Assembly (NCBI GenBank): GCA_963666515.2
Contig: OY762897.2
Location: forward strand, 960,001 to 1,024,000
DNA: 64,000 nt
From: Candidatus Binatia bacterium
Lineage (GTDB): Bacteria > Desulfobacterota > Binatia > UBA9968 > JAJDTQ01
Direction of reading: 5' to 3'
Positions 47,491 to 57,423 of the stretch are shown one piece after another. The position numbers were made by a program, and so were the translations under genes. Each line of letters begins with the position of its first letter. The stretch's first letter is position 1. The notes under the pieces were generated by a model. That model did no database searches. It saw only the letters and a list, made by a program, of their open reading frames with translations, and was not told the DNA's origin.

Positions 47491-48789
47491 CTACGACGCC
47501 GGGCCGCACAACTCCATGGCGGCCAGGGCGTAGACGCCGGCGGCCTTGACCAGGTGCTCGATCTTCAGCACCTCGCTGTGTTGATGGGCCGGGTCGTAGT
47601 TGGCGAACTGGCCGCCGGTGGAGATGCCGCCGGGGCCGTACGTCAGGCCCCGAATGCCGTACTCGAACATGGGGCCGGCGTCGCTGGAGACCGCATAGCG
47701 GTTGGGCGCGGCAAAGGGGACGGGCTCGCCGTAGACGTTCTGGTGGGCCCGCTCCATGGCCTGCACCAGGGGCTCGTCGCGCTCCAGCTCGAAGCCGTTG
47801 CCCGTGAGGTACAACTCGACATCGGTTTGCAGCTCGGGGTCGTCGACCTTGAGCTTGTCCAGCACCGCCTCGATCTCCTGCTTGACTTCCATGAAGCTCT
47901 GTCCCGGCACCACGCGCACGTCCACGTAGAGGTTGCAGAAAGGCGCGGGACACTTGGAGGGTTTGTAGGGGTGTCCGCCCTGGATGGCGCCGATGCCGAT
48001 GCGGGCCTCCATGAAGGGATGGGGATGGCGTTCACGGAACACGGGCTCCCACGCTTGGAGGGCGGTGAAGACGCGCATCATCTTCTCGATGGGGTCGATG
48101 CCGTGCTCCTTCGACCAGGTGTGCTGCGACCTGCCGTAGACCGTCACCTTCACGAAGCAGTAGCCCGTCTCGCCGATCTGCAGGCGCATTCCGGTGGGCT
48201 CGCCGATGACCGCATAGTCGGCGGTGACGCCGTGGGTCACCAGAAAACGCGAGCCGACCTTGCCGCCGCGGAATTCCGCCCCCTGGTACTGGTCCACCGG
48301 CGCCTTCTCGGTCTCGCCCACCACGCCGGTTATGAGGAGGTCGCCGGCCAGCTCCACGCCGGCCCGCTGGAGCGCCCGCACCGCGCCCCAGTAGGCGGCG
48401 AAGGCGCCCTTCATGTTGCTGGCGCCGAGCCCGTGGATCCACCCGTCCGCGGTGGTGGCCCGGGGCACGCCGCCGCCCACGATGTCGGCCGTATATCCGC
48501 TGCCCAACACCTCGGCCTCGCGCCCGGTGGTGCTGGTGTCGAAGTGTCCGCTGAAGAGCAGCGTAGGCGAGCCCTTGCTGCCGGGCAGCCGGCCCACCAC
48601 GTTGTTGCGTCCGGGCTCCACCTCCTGGAGCTGCACGCGCATGCCCAGTTCCGCAAGGCGTCCGGCGAGATAATCGCCGGCCGGCGCCTCCGCGCCCGGC
48701 GGGCTGGAAATGCTCACCAAGTCCATGGCCATGGTCACCAGCTCGTCCTCGTGGATTTCGGCCAGCACCTGCTTCTGAAGATCATCCAT
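47491..48789 (-). CDS. M20 family metallohydrolase (ArgE/DapE-like, atypical ligands)
   Basis: SGHFDT, GASNMKG, VGETE, IGEPT, YGPG; ATG 48789. Confidence 0.85.
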   Translation of the reverse strand: MDDLQKQVLAEIHEDELVTMAMDLVSISSPPGAEAPAGDYLAGRLAELGMRVQLQEVEPGRNNVVGRLPGSKGSPTLLFSGHFDTSTTGREAEVLGSGYTADIVGGGVPRATTADGWIHGLGASNMKGAFAAYWGAVRALQRAGVELAGDLLITGVVGETEKAPVDQYQGAEFRGGKVGSRFLVTHGVTADYAVIGEPTGMRLQIGETGYCFVKVTVYGRSQHTWSKEHGIDPIEKMMRVFTALQAWEPVFRERHPHPFMEARIGIGAIQGGHPYKPSKCPAPFCNLYVDVRVVPGQSFMEVKQEIEAVLDKLKVDDPELQTDVELYLTGNGFELERDEPLVQAMERAHQNVYGEPVPFAAPNRYAVSSDAGPMFEYGIRGLTYGPGGISTGGQFANYDPAHQHSEVLKIEHLVKAAGVYALAAMELCGPAS

Positions 48790-48815
48790 GTGCTTCCTCG
48801 TTGGCGAACGGGCTC

Positions 48816-50465
48816 CTACCCGGCCTCGTGCACTACCTTGCCGTCCACCACGGTCATGTCCACTGTGATGTCCCGGATTTCCTCTCTCGGTGCGGTCAGG
48901 ATGTCCCGGGACAACACGGCCAGATCGGCGAGCTTGCCTTCCTCGATGGAGCCCTTGTCGGTTTCCTCGAAGTGCGCGTAGGCGCCGTTCCAGGTGTAGA
49001 TCCGCAGGGCCTCCATGACCGTCAGGCGCTCGTCGGGGTTCAGCACCGTGCCGCCCGGTCTCGGGTCGAGGCGCCGGTTCACCAGGCAGTCGATGCCCAC
49101 CATGGGGTTCGCGGTGACGATGGGCATGTCGGAGCCGCCCGAGGAGATCACCCCGCGCTCCAGCAGCGACTTCATGGGAAAGGCGTACTGCGAGCGCTCC
49201 GCGCCCCAGGGCTCCAGGGTGCAGGCTTCGCCCAGCACTTCTAGGATCGGCGGCTGGGCGTTGTAGACGACGCCGAGGCCGGCAGCCCGGTCGAGCAGCT
49301 CGGCGTTCCACAGGTAGGCGTGCTCCAGGCGGTGGCGCGCGTCCGGGCGCGGGTAGGCGCGCTGGGCCTTCTCAATGGCGTCGAGGGTGACGGTGATGCC
49401 GTGGTCGCCGTGGGGGATGGCGGCGATCTGGAAGCCTGCCTTGTGGGCCTCCAGGCAGAACTCGTCGGCCATCTCCTGGGAGCAGCGGAAGCTGCCGCGA
49501 AACGTCCCGTCGGGGTCGTTGGAGTAGGGCTCGAAGAGCGCCGCGGTCTGCCCCTGCACGCCGCCGTCGATGCCGATGACCGCGGGTCCAAGACGGATCC
49601 AGTCGTCACCGAAGCCGGTGCGCATGCCCGAGCGGAAAATCCGGTAGGCCGCGGTCTCCACGTCCCACTGGGTGCCGTAGACCGGATAGATGTTGAGATA
49701 GATCCGCGCGGTCAGGCCGCCCCGGCTGCGCAAGAGCTGCCACGCGCGAGATTCCTGCTCGTTGCGGATGGAGGCCTCGTCCACGCTGGTGATGCCGAGT
49801 CGGTTCAGGTACTGGCACGCCCACCCGTAGCCCTCCGCCAGCTCTTCCAGCGTCGGCGGCGTGATGGTGGGGAAGATGTACACCACCCGGCAGTTGTCCC
49901 ACATGGGCCCCAACGGCGCCCCCTGATCATCCCGGAGCATCGGCCCGCCGGGAGGGTCCGGGGTATCGTCCTCGATGCCCATGCGCCGCAGGGCCGCGGT
50001 ATTGGCGGTCCAGCTCATGGACTCCCGCTGGCGCAGCAGCACCGGGTGGTTGGGCGAGACCGGGTCGAGGTCGCGCCGCGTGGGGTAGCGCCGTTCCCGC
50101 AGCCGGTGGTGGTCGAAGCCCCATCCCACGACAAGCTCGCCGGCGGGGGTCTCGTCCACACGTTTCTTGACGGCGGCGGCGATCTCGTCGATGGAGGAGG
50201 CGACCTCGGGAGTGACGTCGATCCACTTCCGGTCCTCCACCGCGTTGATGATGTGCATGTGGTTTTCCACGAACCCGGGAGTCAGCGCGCGCCCCGCCAG
50301 ATTCACCACACGGGTCTCGTTGCCGACCAATGCCTCGACGGATTCGTTGGAGCCCACCCGGACGATGCGGTTGCCCGACACGGCCACCGCCTCGGCCACG
50401 TCGTCCCCTTGGTTCACCGTGATAACGCGTCCGTTGACGAACGCCAGATCCGCGTTGCTCGCCAT
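48816..50465 (-). CDS. Amidohydrolase-3 (YtcJ-like), paralog A
   Basis: PGFVENHMH, RHRLEHA, GGSDMP, GSIEEGKLAD; GAGGAGG before ATG 50465. Confidence 0.9.
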   Translation of the reverse strand: MASNADLAFVNGRVITVNQGDDVAEAVAVSGNRIVRVGSNESVEALVGNETRVVNLAGRALTPGFVENHMHIINAVEDRKWIDVTPEVASSIDEIAAAVKKRVDETPAGELVVGWGFDHHRLRERRYPTRRDLDPVSPNHPVLLRQRESMSWTANTAALRRMGIEDDTPDPPGGPMLRDDQGAPLGPMWDNCRVVYIFPTITPPTLEELAEGYGWACQYLNRLGITSVDEASIRNEQESRAWQLLRSRGGLTARIYLNIYPVYGTQWDVETAAYRIFRSGMRTGFGDDWIRLGPAVIGIDGGVQGQTAALFEPYSNDPDGTFRGSFRCSQEMADEFCLEAHKAGFQIAAIPHGDHGITVTLDAIEKAQRAYPRPDARHRLEHAYLWNAELLDRAAGLGVVYNAQPPILEVLGEACTLEPWGAERSQYAFPMKSLLERGVISSGGSDMPIVTANPMVGIDCLVNRRLDPRPGGTVLNPDERLTVMEALRIYTWNGAYAHFEETDKGSIEEGKLADLAVLSRDILTAPREEIRDITVDMTVVDGKVVHEAG

Positions 50466-50702
50466 GAGTCTCCTCCTCGGAGCGTGGCACGAAATATCTT
50501 CGCCCATACAATTTTTGGCGAGTCCCGTGCAACCTTGACACCCCCGGAAAGCCTGTGCGAGTATCGCGCCCGAAACAGGGTTGAGGGAGACTGTGACGGT
50601 CGGTTCGACAAGGCGCCGTAGGCGCGGCGCCTGCGTAACGGGCGGTGTTTCCAACCTGTGCCTCGCGATTTCGGATGGGACCCCGCCGAGGAGGAAACCA
50701 AG

Positions 50703-52271
50703 ATGCAACGCACGAACCTCATGAGAAGGTTGGGCTGTTCTGATTCCTCGCCGAAGTGGTGGTATCGAGCGCTTGCCATCGCCGTGGTCCTGGCCGTTGT
50801 CTGCGTCTCCGCGGCGCAGGCCGCCAAGTCCGGCGGCATCCTGCGCATCGGCGGGGAGCGGGACGTGAGCGATCTCGATCCCCATACCACGCGCATAGGC
50901 TGGGACATCAACATCATGCAGAACGTCTACTCGGGGCTGGTCCGGGCCGGCACCGACATCCAGCCGCGGCCGGATCTGGCGACGAGCTGGGAGTTCAAGT
51001 CGTCGACCCGGCTGGAGTTCACGCTGCGCCAGGGCGTGAAGTTTCATAACGGCCGTGAGTTCACGTCCGCGGACGCCAAGTACTCGCTCCAGCGGATTCT
51101 CGATCCCAACGTCCCGGCGGGGTACGCGAGCACCATCAAGTCCATCGACACCATCGAGACTCCCTCCAAGTACAAGCTGGTCCTGACCCTGAAGCGGCCC
51201 GATGCCGCCATCGTGACCAACCTGTCGTTGCCGGCCATGGCCATGGTGGCCAAGGAAACGGTGAAGCCGATGCCGGTGGGTTTGAAGGACGGGATGACGG
51301 GAACCGGCCCCTACATGTTCAAGGAGCACATCAAGGGCCGGCGGCTGGTGCTGGTCAAGAACCCCGACTACTACGACAAGTCGGTGCCGCTACTGGATGA
51401 GCTCCACTTCATTCCGCTCATCGACCAGACCGCGCGCACCAACGCGTTGCGCGCCGGCCAGGTGGACTACATCGAGCCGGTGCCGCCGAAGGACGTCAAC
51501 GCCCTCAAGCGCGACAAGAGGATCAACGTGGCCGGGGGGCCGAACATCAGCTTCGTCAACATCTCGCTCAACGTCGCCAAGAAGCCCTTCGACGACGTGA
51601 GGGTGCGGCAGGCGGTGGCCTACGCCATCGACCGCAAGGAAATGGTGGAAAAGGGCTTCGACGGCTTTGCGCAGCCGCTCTGGGGACCGCCGCTGATACC
51701 GCCGTACTGGGCGGGAAACGACGACAAGTACTACAACCTGGACCGAGAGAAGGCGAAAAAGCTGTTGGCGGAGGCCGGCTACCCCGATGGGGTCGACGTG
51801 GCCATACGGATCGGCACCACTTCCTACCATGCGCCGTTCGCCGCGGTAGTCCAATCCGAGCTAAAGAAGGTCGGCATCCGGGTCAAGATCGACGCGTCGG
51901 ACAGCGCTAGCTCCTCACGCGACTGGCGCACGGGCAACTTCCAGATGTATCCGATTCGCTGGTGGGGCTCGGACTTCGTTGACCCGGACGGCGCGCTGAC
52001 GCCGCTCTTCACCTGCGAGGGCAGCTACAACAACAGCAAGTTCTGCGATCCGGAGTTCGACAAGCTGCTTGCCAAGGGGGTGGTGGCCACCACTATAGCG
52101 GACCGCAAGGCCGCCTACCGGGTCGCCATGAAGCGCCTGGCCGAACAACAGCCCTGGGTGTTCCTGGTCGCCTTCGACCGTTTCCAGGCCATGCGCACCC
52201 ATGTCAAGGGTTACACTCCCTTCCCGAACGCCAGCCAGTATTCGCTGCGCGAGGTCTGGCTCGACAAGTAG
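50703..52271 (+). CDS. ABC peptide/nickel-type substrate-binding protein (DppA-like)
   Basis: LDPH, LRQGVKFHNG, GTGPY, VRVRQAVAYAIDR. Confidence 0.92.
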   Translation: MQRTNLMRRLGCSDSSPKWWYRALAIAVVLAVVCVSAAQAAKSGGILRIGGERDVSDLDPHTTRIGWDINIMQNVYSGLVRAGTDIQPRPDLATSWEFKSSTRLEFTLRQGVKFHNGREFTSADAKYSLQRILDPNVPAGYASTIKSIDTIETPSKYKLVLTLKRPDAAIVTNLSLPAMAMVAKETVKPMPVGLKDGMTGTGPYMFKEHIKGRRLVLVKNPDYYDKSVPLLDELHFIPLIDQTARTNALRAGQVDYIEPVPPKDVNALKRDKRINVAGGPNISFVNISLNVAKKPFDDVRVRQAVAYAIDRKEMVEKGFDGFAQPLWGPPLIPPYWAGNDDKYYNLDREKAKKLLAEAGYPDGVDVAIRIGTTSYHAPFAAVVQSELKKVGIRVKIDASDSASSSRDWRTGNFQMYPIRWWGSDFVDPDGALTPLFTCEGSYNNSKFCDPEFDKLLAKGVVATTIADRKAAYRVAMKRLAEQQPWVFLVAFDRFQAMRTHVKGYTPFPNASQYSLREVWLDK

Positions 52272-52283
52272 GGTAGGGCACGT

Positions 52284-52330
52284 GCCGGCGGCCGGTTTCC
52301 GACGGGGATTGTCGGAGATCGGCCGCCGGT
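52284..52330 (+). terminator. 21-bp intercistronic stem-loop after the SBP gene
   Basis: GCCGGCGGCCGGTTTCCGACG-GGGAT-TGTCGGAGATCGGCCGCCGGT, fully paired with G-U allowed; no U-tract. Confidence 0.6.
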
Positions 52331-52395
52331 GTTCCGGCACGTCACAGGCTCGCTTCCCTTAGCCCCTGACGTTTCTCAGACCTGACGGGGTCCCG

Positions 52396-53340
52396 GTGAA
52401 CCGATACATCGTGCAGAAGCTGATCTCCCTGCTGCTGGTGCAGTTCGGCATCTCGGTGGTGGTCTTCTACATGATCCGCCTGGTTCCCGGCGACGCCGTG
52501 GACTACATCTACGGACTGTACATGAGTTCCGGGCGCATCGAGGAGATACGCGCGCTCTGGGGACTCGACCGCCCGCTCGTGGTCCAGTACCTCGAATGGA
52601 TCGGGCGCGTGCTGCAGCTCGACTTCGGGCGTTCCCTGATCTCCGGCTACCCCATTGCCGACGAGATCTTCTCGCGCCTGCCCGTGACGCTGCACCTGTC
52701 GTTCATGGCGGGGACGTGGAGCGTCATCTTCGGGGTGACCCTGGGCGTCATCGCCTCGCGGTACCCCAACGGCAAGATCGACGGGCTCGTCACGACCACC
52801 GGGATACTCGGGCTGGCGATGCCGCATTTCTGGCTGGCCACACTGTTGGTGCTGGTCTTTGCGGTCTACCTCAACATTCTTCCTTCCGTCGGCTACGTGT
52901 CCCTGTTGGAAGATCCCGTCGAGAGCACGCTTTCCCTGATGCTGCCATCCCTCGCCCTGGGCACGACCATGGCGGCGGCGGTGATGCGGATGGCGCGTTC
53001 GGCCATGCTGGACGTGCTTGCCCATGAGTACATCCGGACGGCGCGCGCGAAGGGAGTGCGCGAGCGCCGCGTGTTCTCCAGACATGCTCTCAGGAACGCC
53101 TTCATCCCCGTGCTGACGTTGATCGGCACCGAGACCGGCAAGCTGCTCGGCGGCTCGCTCATCATCGAACAGATCTTTGCCATCCCGGGCATCGGCCAGT
53201 ACGCGGTGGAGGCCGTGCTGAGCCGGGACTACCCGGTGCTTCAGGCCACCATGATCGTCATCGCCGGCAGCTACGTGATCATCAACACGCTGGCGGACAT
53301 TGGCTACGGGCTGCTGGATCCGCGGGTACGGTACGATTAG
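52396..53340 (+). CDS. ABC peptide permease (DppB-like)
   Basis: GLDRPL..QY, EYIRTARAKG, RHALRNA, RDYPV, LDPRVR. Confidence 0.93.
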   Translation: MNRYIVQKLISLLLVQFGISVVVFYMIRLVPGDAVDYIYGLYMSSGRIEEIRALWGLDRPLVVQYLEWIGRVLQLDFGRSLISGYPIADEIFSRLPVTLHLSFMAGTWSVIFGVTLGVIASRYPNGKIDGLVTTTGILGLAMPHFWLATLLVLVFAVYLNILPSVGYVSLLEDPVESTLSLMLPSLALGTTMAAAVMRMARSAMLDVLAHEYIRTARAKGVRERRVFSRHALRNAFIPVLTLIGTETGKLLGGSLIIEQIFAIPGIGQYAVEAVLSRDYPVLQATMIVIAGSYVIINTLADIGYGLLDPRVRYD

Positions 53341-53375
53341 GAGCGCCATGACGCCGCGCGTAAAATTCAACCCTT

Positions 53376-54296
53376 GTGGGGGAGGGCACTAACCCCGTGG
53401 CGGAAGCTGTGAACACCGCCGATATGCGGCAGCCGGCCGCGCGCCGCCGCGAAGGCCCCGGTCGGGCATGGCGCCGGTTCGTGCGCCACCGGCCGGCCGT
53501 GGTGGGCGCGGCCGTCATCGTGGTGTATCTCCTGGCGGCGCTCCTGGCGGACGTGTTGGCGCCCTACGATCCGCTCGACATGGGCGCGGGGTCGCGGCTG
53601 AGCGGGCCGGACGCTGCCCACTGGTTCGGCACCGACGAGTTCGGACGGGACGTGCTCAGCAGGGTGATCTACGGCGCCCGCATCGCCTTCGTCGTGGGGG
53701 TGCTCTCGGCCATGGGCGCTGCGGTGGTGGGCATGTCGATCGGGGTGCTCGGCGGCTACTTCGGCGGCTTGCTGGACCGCGGGGTCACCATGCTCATCGA
53801 CCTCGTGTTCGCGTTTCCCACCATCCTTCTCGCCATCGCGGTGGCGGCGTTTCTCACCGGCGGGGGCATGCCCCCGTCGGTGCCGGTCATCATCGCCCTT
53901 TGCGTGGTGCAGGCGCCGCACTTCGCCCGGGTCGCGCGCGGGGCTACCATGGCGATCAAGGCGCAGCCGTTCGTGGAGGCCGCCCAGGTGCTGGGAGGTT
54001 CCCATCCGCGCATCATCCGCAGCCACATCGCCCCCAACGTGGTCGCGCCGTTGCTGGTGCAGTTCGCCCTGTCCTTCTCCTATGCCATCCTCGCGGAGTC
54101 GTCCCTGAGCTTCCTCGGCGTGGGCCACCCGCCTCCGGCGCCTTCCTGGGGCGCTATGCTGACCGGCGCCTACGGCTACGTGGAACGGGCTCCGTGGGCC
54201 GCGTTTTTCCCCGGAATGGCCATCACGCTGCTCATCCTGGGGTTCAATATACTGGGCGATGGACTGAGGGATTTCTTCGATCCGACAAGGCGTTAG
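53376..54296 (+). CDS. ABC peptide permease (DppC-like); start uncertain
   Basis: HWFGTDEFGRD, FVEAA..LG, LAESSLSFLG, GDGLRD. Confidence 0.92.
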   Translation: MGEGTNPVAEAVNTADMRQPAARRREGPGRAWRRFVRHRPAVVGAAVIVVYLLAALLADVLAPYDPLDMGAGSRLSGPDAAHWFGTDEFGRDVLSRVIYGARIAFVVGVLSAMGAAVVGMSIGVLGGYFGGLLDRGVTMLIDLVFAFPTILLAIAVAAFLTGGGMPPSVPVIIALCVVQAPHFARVARGATMAIKAQPFVEAAQVLGGSHPRIIRSHIAPNVVAPLLVQFALSFSYAILAESSLSFLGVGHPPPAPSWGAMLTGAYGYVERAPWAAFFPGMAITLLILGFNILGDGLRDFFDPTRR

Positions 54297-54349
54297 CAGG
54301 ATTATTTCATGTATGACAACAACGTGGACGGCAGCCGTACCCGGCCGCG

Positions 54350-54376
54350 GCAGGGGCGACCGGCGGTCGCCTCTAC
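54350..54376 (-). repeat. REP-like palindrome, copy 3
   Basis: Reverse complement reads GTAG-AGGCGAC-cgccg-GTCGCCC-ctgc. Confidence 0.7.
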
Positions 54377-54455
54377 TTGCGACGCCACCGGCGAGCGGCT
54401 ATTGTCCATCAAGGTGCACTGAAGGCGCCTTTCGCGCCTTCCAAGGAGGTGTCCA

Positions 54456-56147
54456 ATGCCAGAATCGAGCGTGTCGACACCGACTCCCACCGCCGACGTC
54501 GCCTTTGTCGGCGGCCCCATCGTGACCGTCAATGCCCGCGACGAGGTGGCCGAGGCGCTGGCCATCCGCGGCCGGAACATCCTTCGGGTGGGCAGCCGGG
54601 CCTACGTCGAGCAGACCATCGGCCGGGAGACGGAGGTGGTGAACCTCGACGGGCGCGCGGTGACGCCCGGGTTCATCGACAACCACATCCACATGACCAA
54701 CGGCCAGCAGCGCCACTGGGTGGACTGCACCTACGCCGCCTGCCCGTCCATCGCGGACATCGTCGCCAGCGTCAAGGAGCGCGTCGCGCAGGTCAAGCCC
54801 GGCGAGTGGATATGGGGGCGGGGTTTCCAGGCGACGCGTCTCACCGACCGGCGCAACCCCAACCGCTTCGACCTCGATCCGGTGTCGCCCGACAACCCGG
54901 TGGCCATCTCCAACCGCGAGTCCATGGGTTGGACCTTCAACACCGCGGGGTTGCGGCGCATGGGGGTCCAGGACGATACGCCCGACCCTCCCGGAGGCCC
55001 GATGGAACGGGACGACCAGGACCGTCCCCTGGGTCCCATGTGGGACAACACCCGCACCGTGTTCATCATGCCGGTCCTGCCCAAGTGGGGCGTGGACGAG
55101 ATGATGGACGGTTTCCAGTGGATGGCCGAGGAGCTGAACCGCAACGGCGTCACCACGGCGTTCGAGGCCGCCATCCGCTACCGCCGGGACACCGCGGCGT
55201 TGCAGCGGCTGCACCGCCAAGCGTCGCCGAGCCTGCGCGTGGTCATGGGCCCCTATCCTGTGCACGGCGAAGGTTGGGACCTCGAGGGCGCCGCCGGGAA
55301 GATATGGGAAACCGGGTTGGCGACCAACTACGGCACCGAGTGGCTCAAGCTCGGCGCGCTTCAGATCGGCATCGACGGCGGCGTGATCGGCCAGACCGCG
55401 GCCCTGTTCGAGCCCTACAGCAACGACCCGGAGGGGAAGAAGCTCGGCAGCTTCCGGCTCACCCAGGAGGTGGCCAACGACTTCATGGAGCAGGTCCAGG
55501 CCAACGATTGGCAGGCCGGACTCATCTGCCACGGCGACCACGGCATCCATCGGTCGCTGGAAGCCATCGCCCACGGCCGCGAGAAGGTGGCGGCGCACGA
55601 CCTGCGCCACCGGCTGGAGCACGCCTACCTCTGGAACCCGCGGGTCATGGACCGCATGGCGGAACTGGGCGTCATCTGGAACACGCAGCCGCCGATCCTG
55701 GAGAGCATCGGCAGCGAGGGAGTCCACGGCCAGTGGGGCGACCGGGCGCGCTACGCGTTCCCGTTCAAGTCGCTGACCGACCGGGGCGTCATCATCTCCG
55801 GCGGCTCGGACTGGCCCGTGGGGCTGTACAACCCGCTTCAGGGCATCGACATCCTGGTGAACCACCGTTTCGGACCTGAAGAGGGCGGCGAGGTGCTCAA
55901 CGCTGACGAGGGCGTGAGTGTGCTGCAGGCTATCCGGATCTATACGTACAACTGCGCCTACACGTCGTTCGACGAAGATCGGACGGGTTCCCTGGAGGAG
56001 GGCAAACGAGCCGATCTGGCGCTCCTCTCGGAGAACATTCTCATGGCGGCGCCCACGTCGATACGGGACATCAAGGCCGACCGCACCTACGTGGACGGCC
56101 GCCTCGTGTTTGAACGGAAGGAGTCCGCGGCCGGCGGAGACGCGTAG
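54456..56147 (+). CDS. Amidohydrolase-3 (YtcJ-like), paralog B
   Basis: PGFIDNHIH, RHRLEHAYLWN, GGSDWP, GSLEEGKRAD; AGGAGG RBS. Confidence 0.9.
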   Translation: MPESSVSTPTPTADVAFVGGPIVTVNARDEVAEALAIRGRNILRVGSRAYVEQTIGRETEVVNLDGRAVTPGFIDNHIHMTNGQQRHWVDCTYAACPSIADIVASVKERVAQVKPGEWIWGRGFQATRLTDRRNPNRFDLDPVSPDNPVAISNRESMGWTFNTAGLRRMGVQDDTPDPPGGPMERDDQDRPLGPMWDNTRTVFIMPVLPKWGVDEMMDGFQWMAEELNRNGVTTAFEAAIRYRRDTAALQRLHRQASPSLRVVMGPYPVHGEGWDLEGAAGKIWETGLATNYGTEWLKLGALQIGIDGGVIGQTAALFEPYSNDPEGKKLGSFRLTQEVANDFMEQVQANDWQAGLICHGDHGIHRSLEAIAHGREKVAAHDLRHRLEHAYLWNPRVMDRMAELGVIWNTQPPILESIGSEGVHGQWGDRARYAFPFKSLTDRGVIISGGSDWPVGLYNPLQGIDILVNHRFGPEEGGEVLNADEGVSVLQAIRIYTYNCAYTSFDEDRTGSLEEGKRADLALLSENILMAAPTSIRDIKADRTYVDGRLVFERKESAAGGDA

Positions 56148-56203
56148 ACGGTCTCTTGCGCGCGGCTTGCGGTTCACGCGGGGATTGAAGACAGGAGGGA
56201 ATC

Positions 56204-57370
56204 ATGGCGCTGGCACTCGTGGGCGCCCGCATCATGACCGCATCCAACGGCGTGATCGACGAGGGCACCCTGCTGATCGAAGGCCGAACCATCGAAGCCA
56301 TCGGTGCCGGCGTTCCCACGCCCGCGGGCGCCGAGGTCTGGGACGTGCGGGGCAAGGTGCTCATCCCGGGGATGATCGACGCCCACACCCACCTGGGGCT
56401 GTGCCAGGACGGGGTAGGGGCGAGCCAGAGCGACGAGGACGAAGTGGGCGACCCGGTGGTGCCGCACCTGCGCGCGCTGGACGCCATCAACCCCGAAGAC
56501 ATCGCCTTCCAGGACGCGCTCAAGGGCGGGGTCACCACGGTGGGAGTGATGCCCGGCAGCTACAACGTCATCTGCGGTCAGCCCGCCGCGGTGAAGGTGG
56601 TGGGGCGGACGCTGGAGGAGATGCTGGTGCGCGCCCCGGTGGGCATGAAGATCGCCTTCGGGGAGCGTCCCAAGCAGGTGTACGGCGGCATGAAGAAGAG
56701 CCCGATGACGCGCATGGGCATCGCCGCCATCCTGCGGGAAGGGCTGATCCGTGCCCAGGAGTACATCGCATCGCAGGCGCGCACCAACTTGGCGGGTGGT
56801 TTTCGACGGGATCTTCGGCAGGAGGCCATGGTGCCGGTGGTCCGCAAGCAGATTCCGCTGCGCGCCCACGCGCACCGGGCCGATGACATCATGACGGCCA
56901 TCCGCATCGCGCAGGAGTTCGACCTCGACCTGATCATCGAGCACGGCACCGACGGGTACAAGGTGGCCGCGGAGCTGTCGGAGGCCGGAGTCGGGGTGGT
57001 CCATGGCCCGTGGCTCAAGACCCGCGGCAACCTGGAGCAGTCGGGCCGCAGCCCGGACTCGCCGCGCATGCTCATCGAAAACGGCGTGCTCACGGCCTTT
57101 TCCACCGATCACCCGGTGATTCCCATCCAGAATCACCGGATGCAGGGCATGACCGCGGTGGACCACGGGGTGAGCCCCGACGAGGCGCTCAAGGCGCTGA
57201 CGCTCAACTCCGCCCGGCTCATGGGCATCGACGAGCGGGTTGGAAGCCTGGAGAAGGGCAAGGATGCGGACGTGGTGGTGCTGTCGGGTCCGCCCTTCGA
57301 CGCGGCGACGCAGGTGGAGGGCGTTGTCGTGAACGGAAGCATCGGCTGGAAACGCGAGTCGGACGGTTGA
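56204..57370 (+). CDS. Metal-dependent amidohydrolase (HutI-like subgroup)
   Basis: IDAHTHLG, HAHRADDI, IEHG, TDHP, GSLEKGKDAD. Confidence 0.9.
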   Translation: MALALVGARIMTASNGVIDEGTLLIEGRTIEAIGAGVPTPAGAEVWDVRGKVLIPGMIDAHTHLGLCQDGVGASQSDEDEVGDPVVPHLRALDAINPEDIAFQDALKGGVTTVGVMPGSYNVICGQPAAVKVVGRTLEEMLVRAPVGMKIAFGERPKQVYGGMKKSPMTRMGIAAILREGLIRAQEYIASQARTNLAGGFRRDLRQEAMVPVVRKQIPLRAHAHRADDIMTAIRIAQEFDLDLIIEHGTDGYKVAAELSEAGVGVVHGPWLKTRGNLEQSGRSPDSPRMLIENGVLTAFSTDHPVIPIQNHRMQGMTAVDHGVSPDEALKALTLNSARLMGIDERVGSLEKGKDADVVVLSGPPFDAATQVEGVVVNGSIGWKRESDG

Positions 57371-57423
57371 CTCTGTCCAGGCGCGCGAACCCTTTGTCCA
57401 AAGGTCTTGGGAAGGAGACCCTC

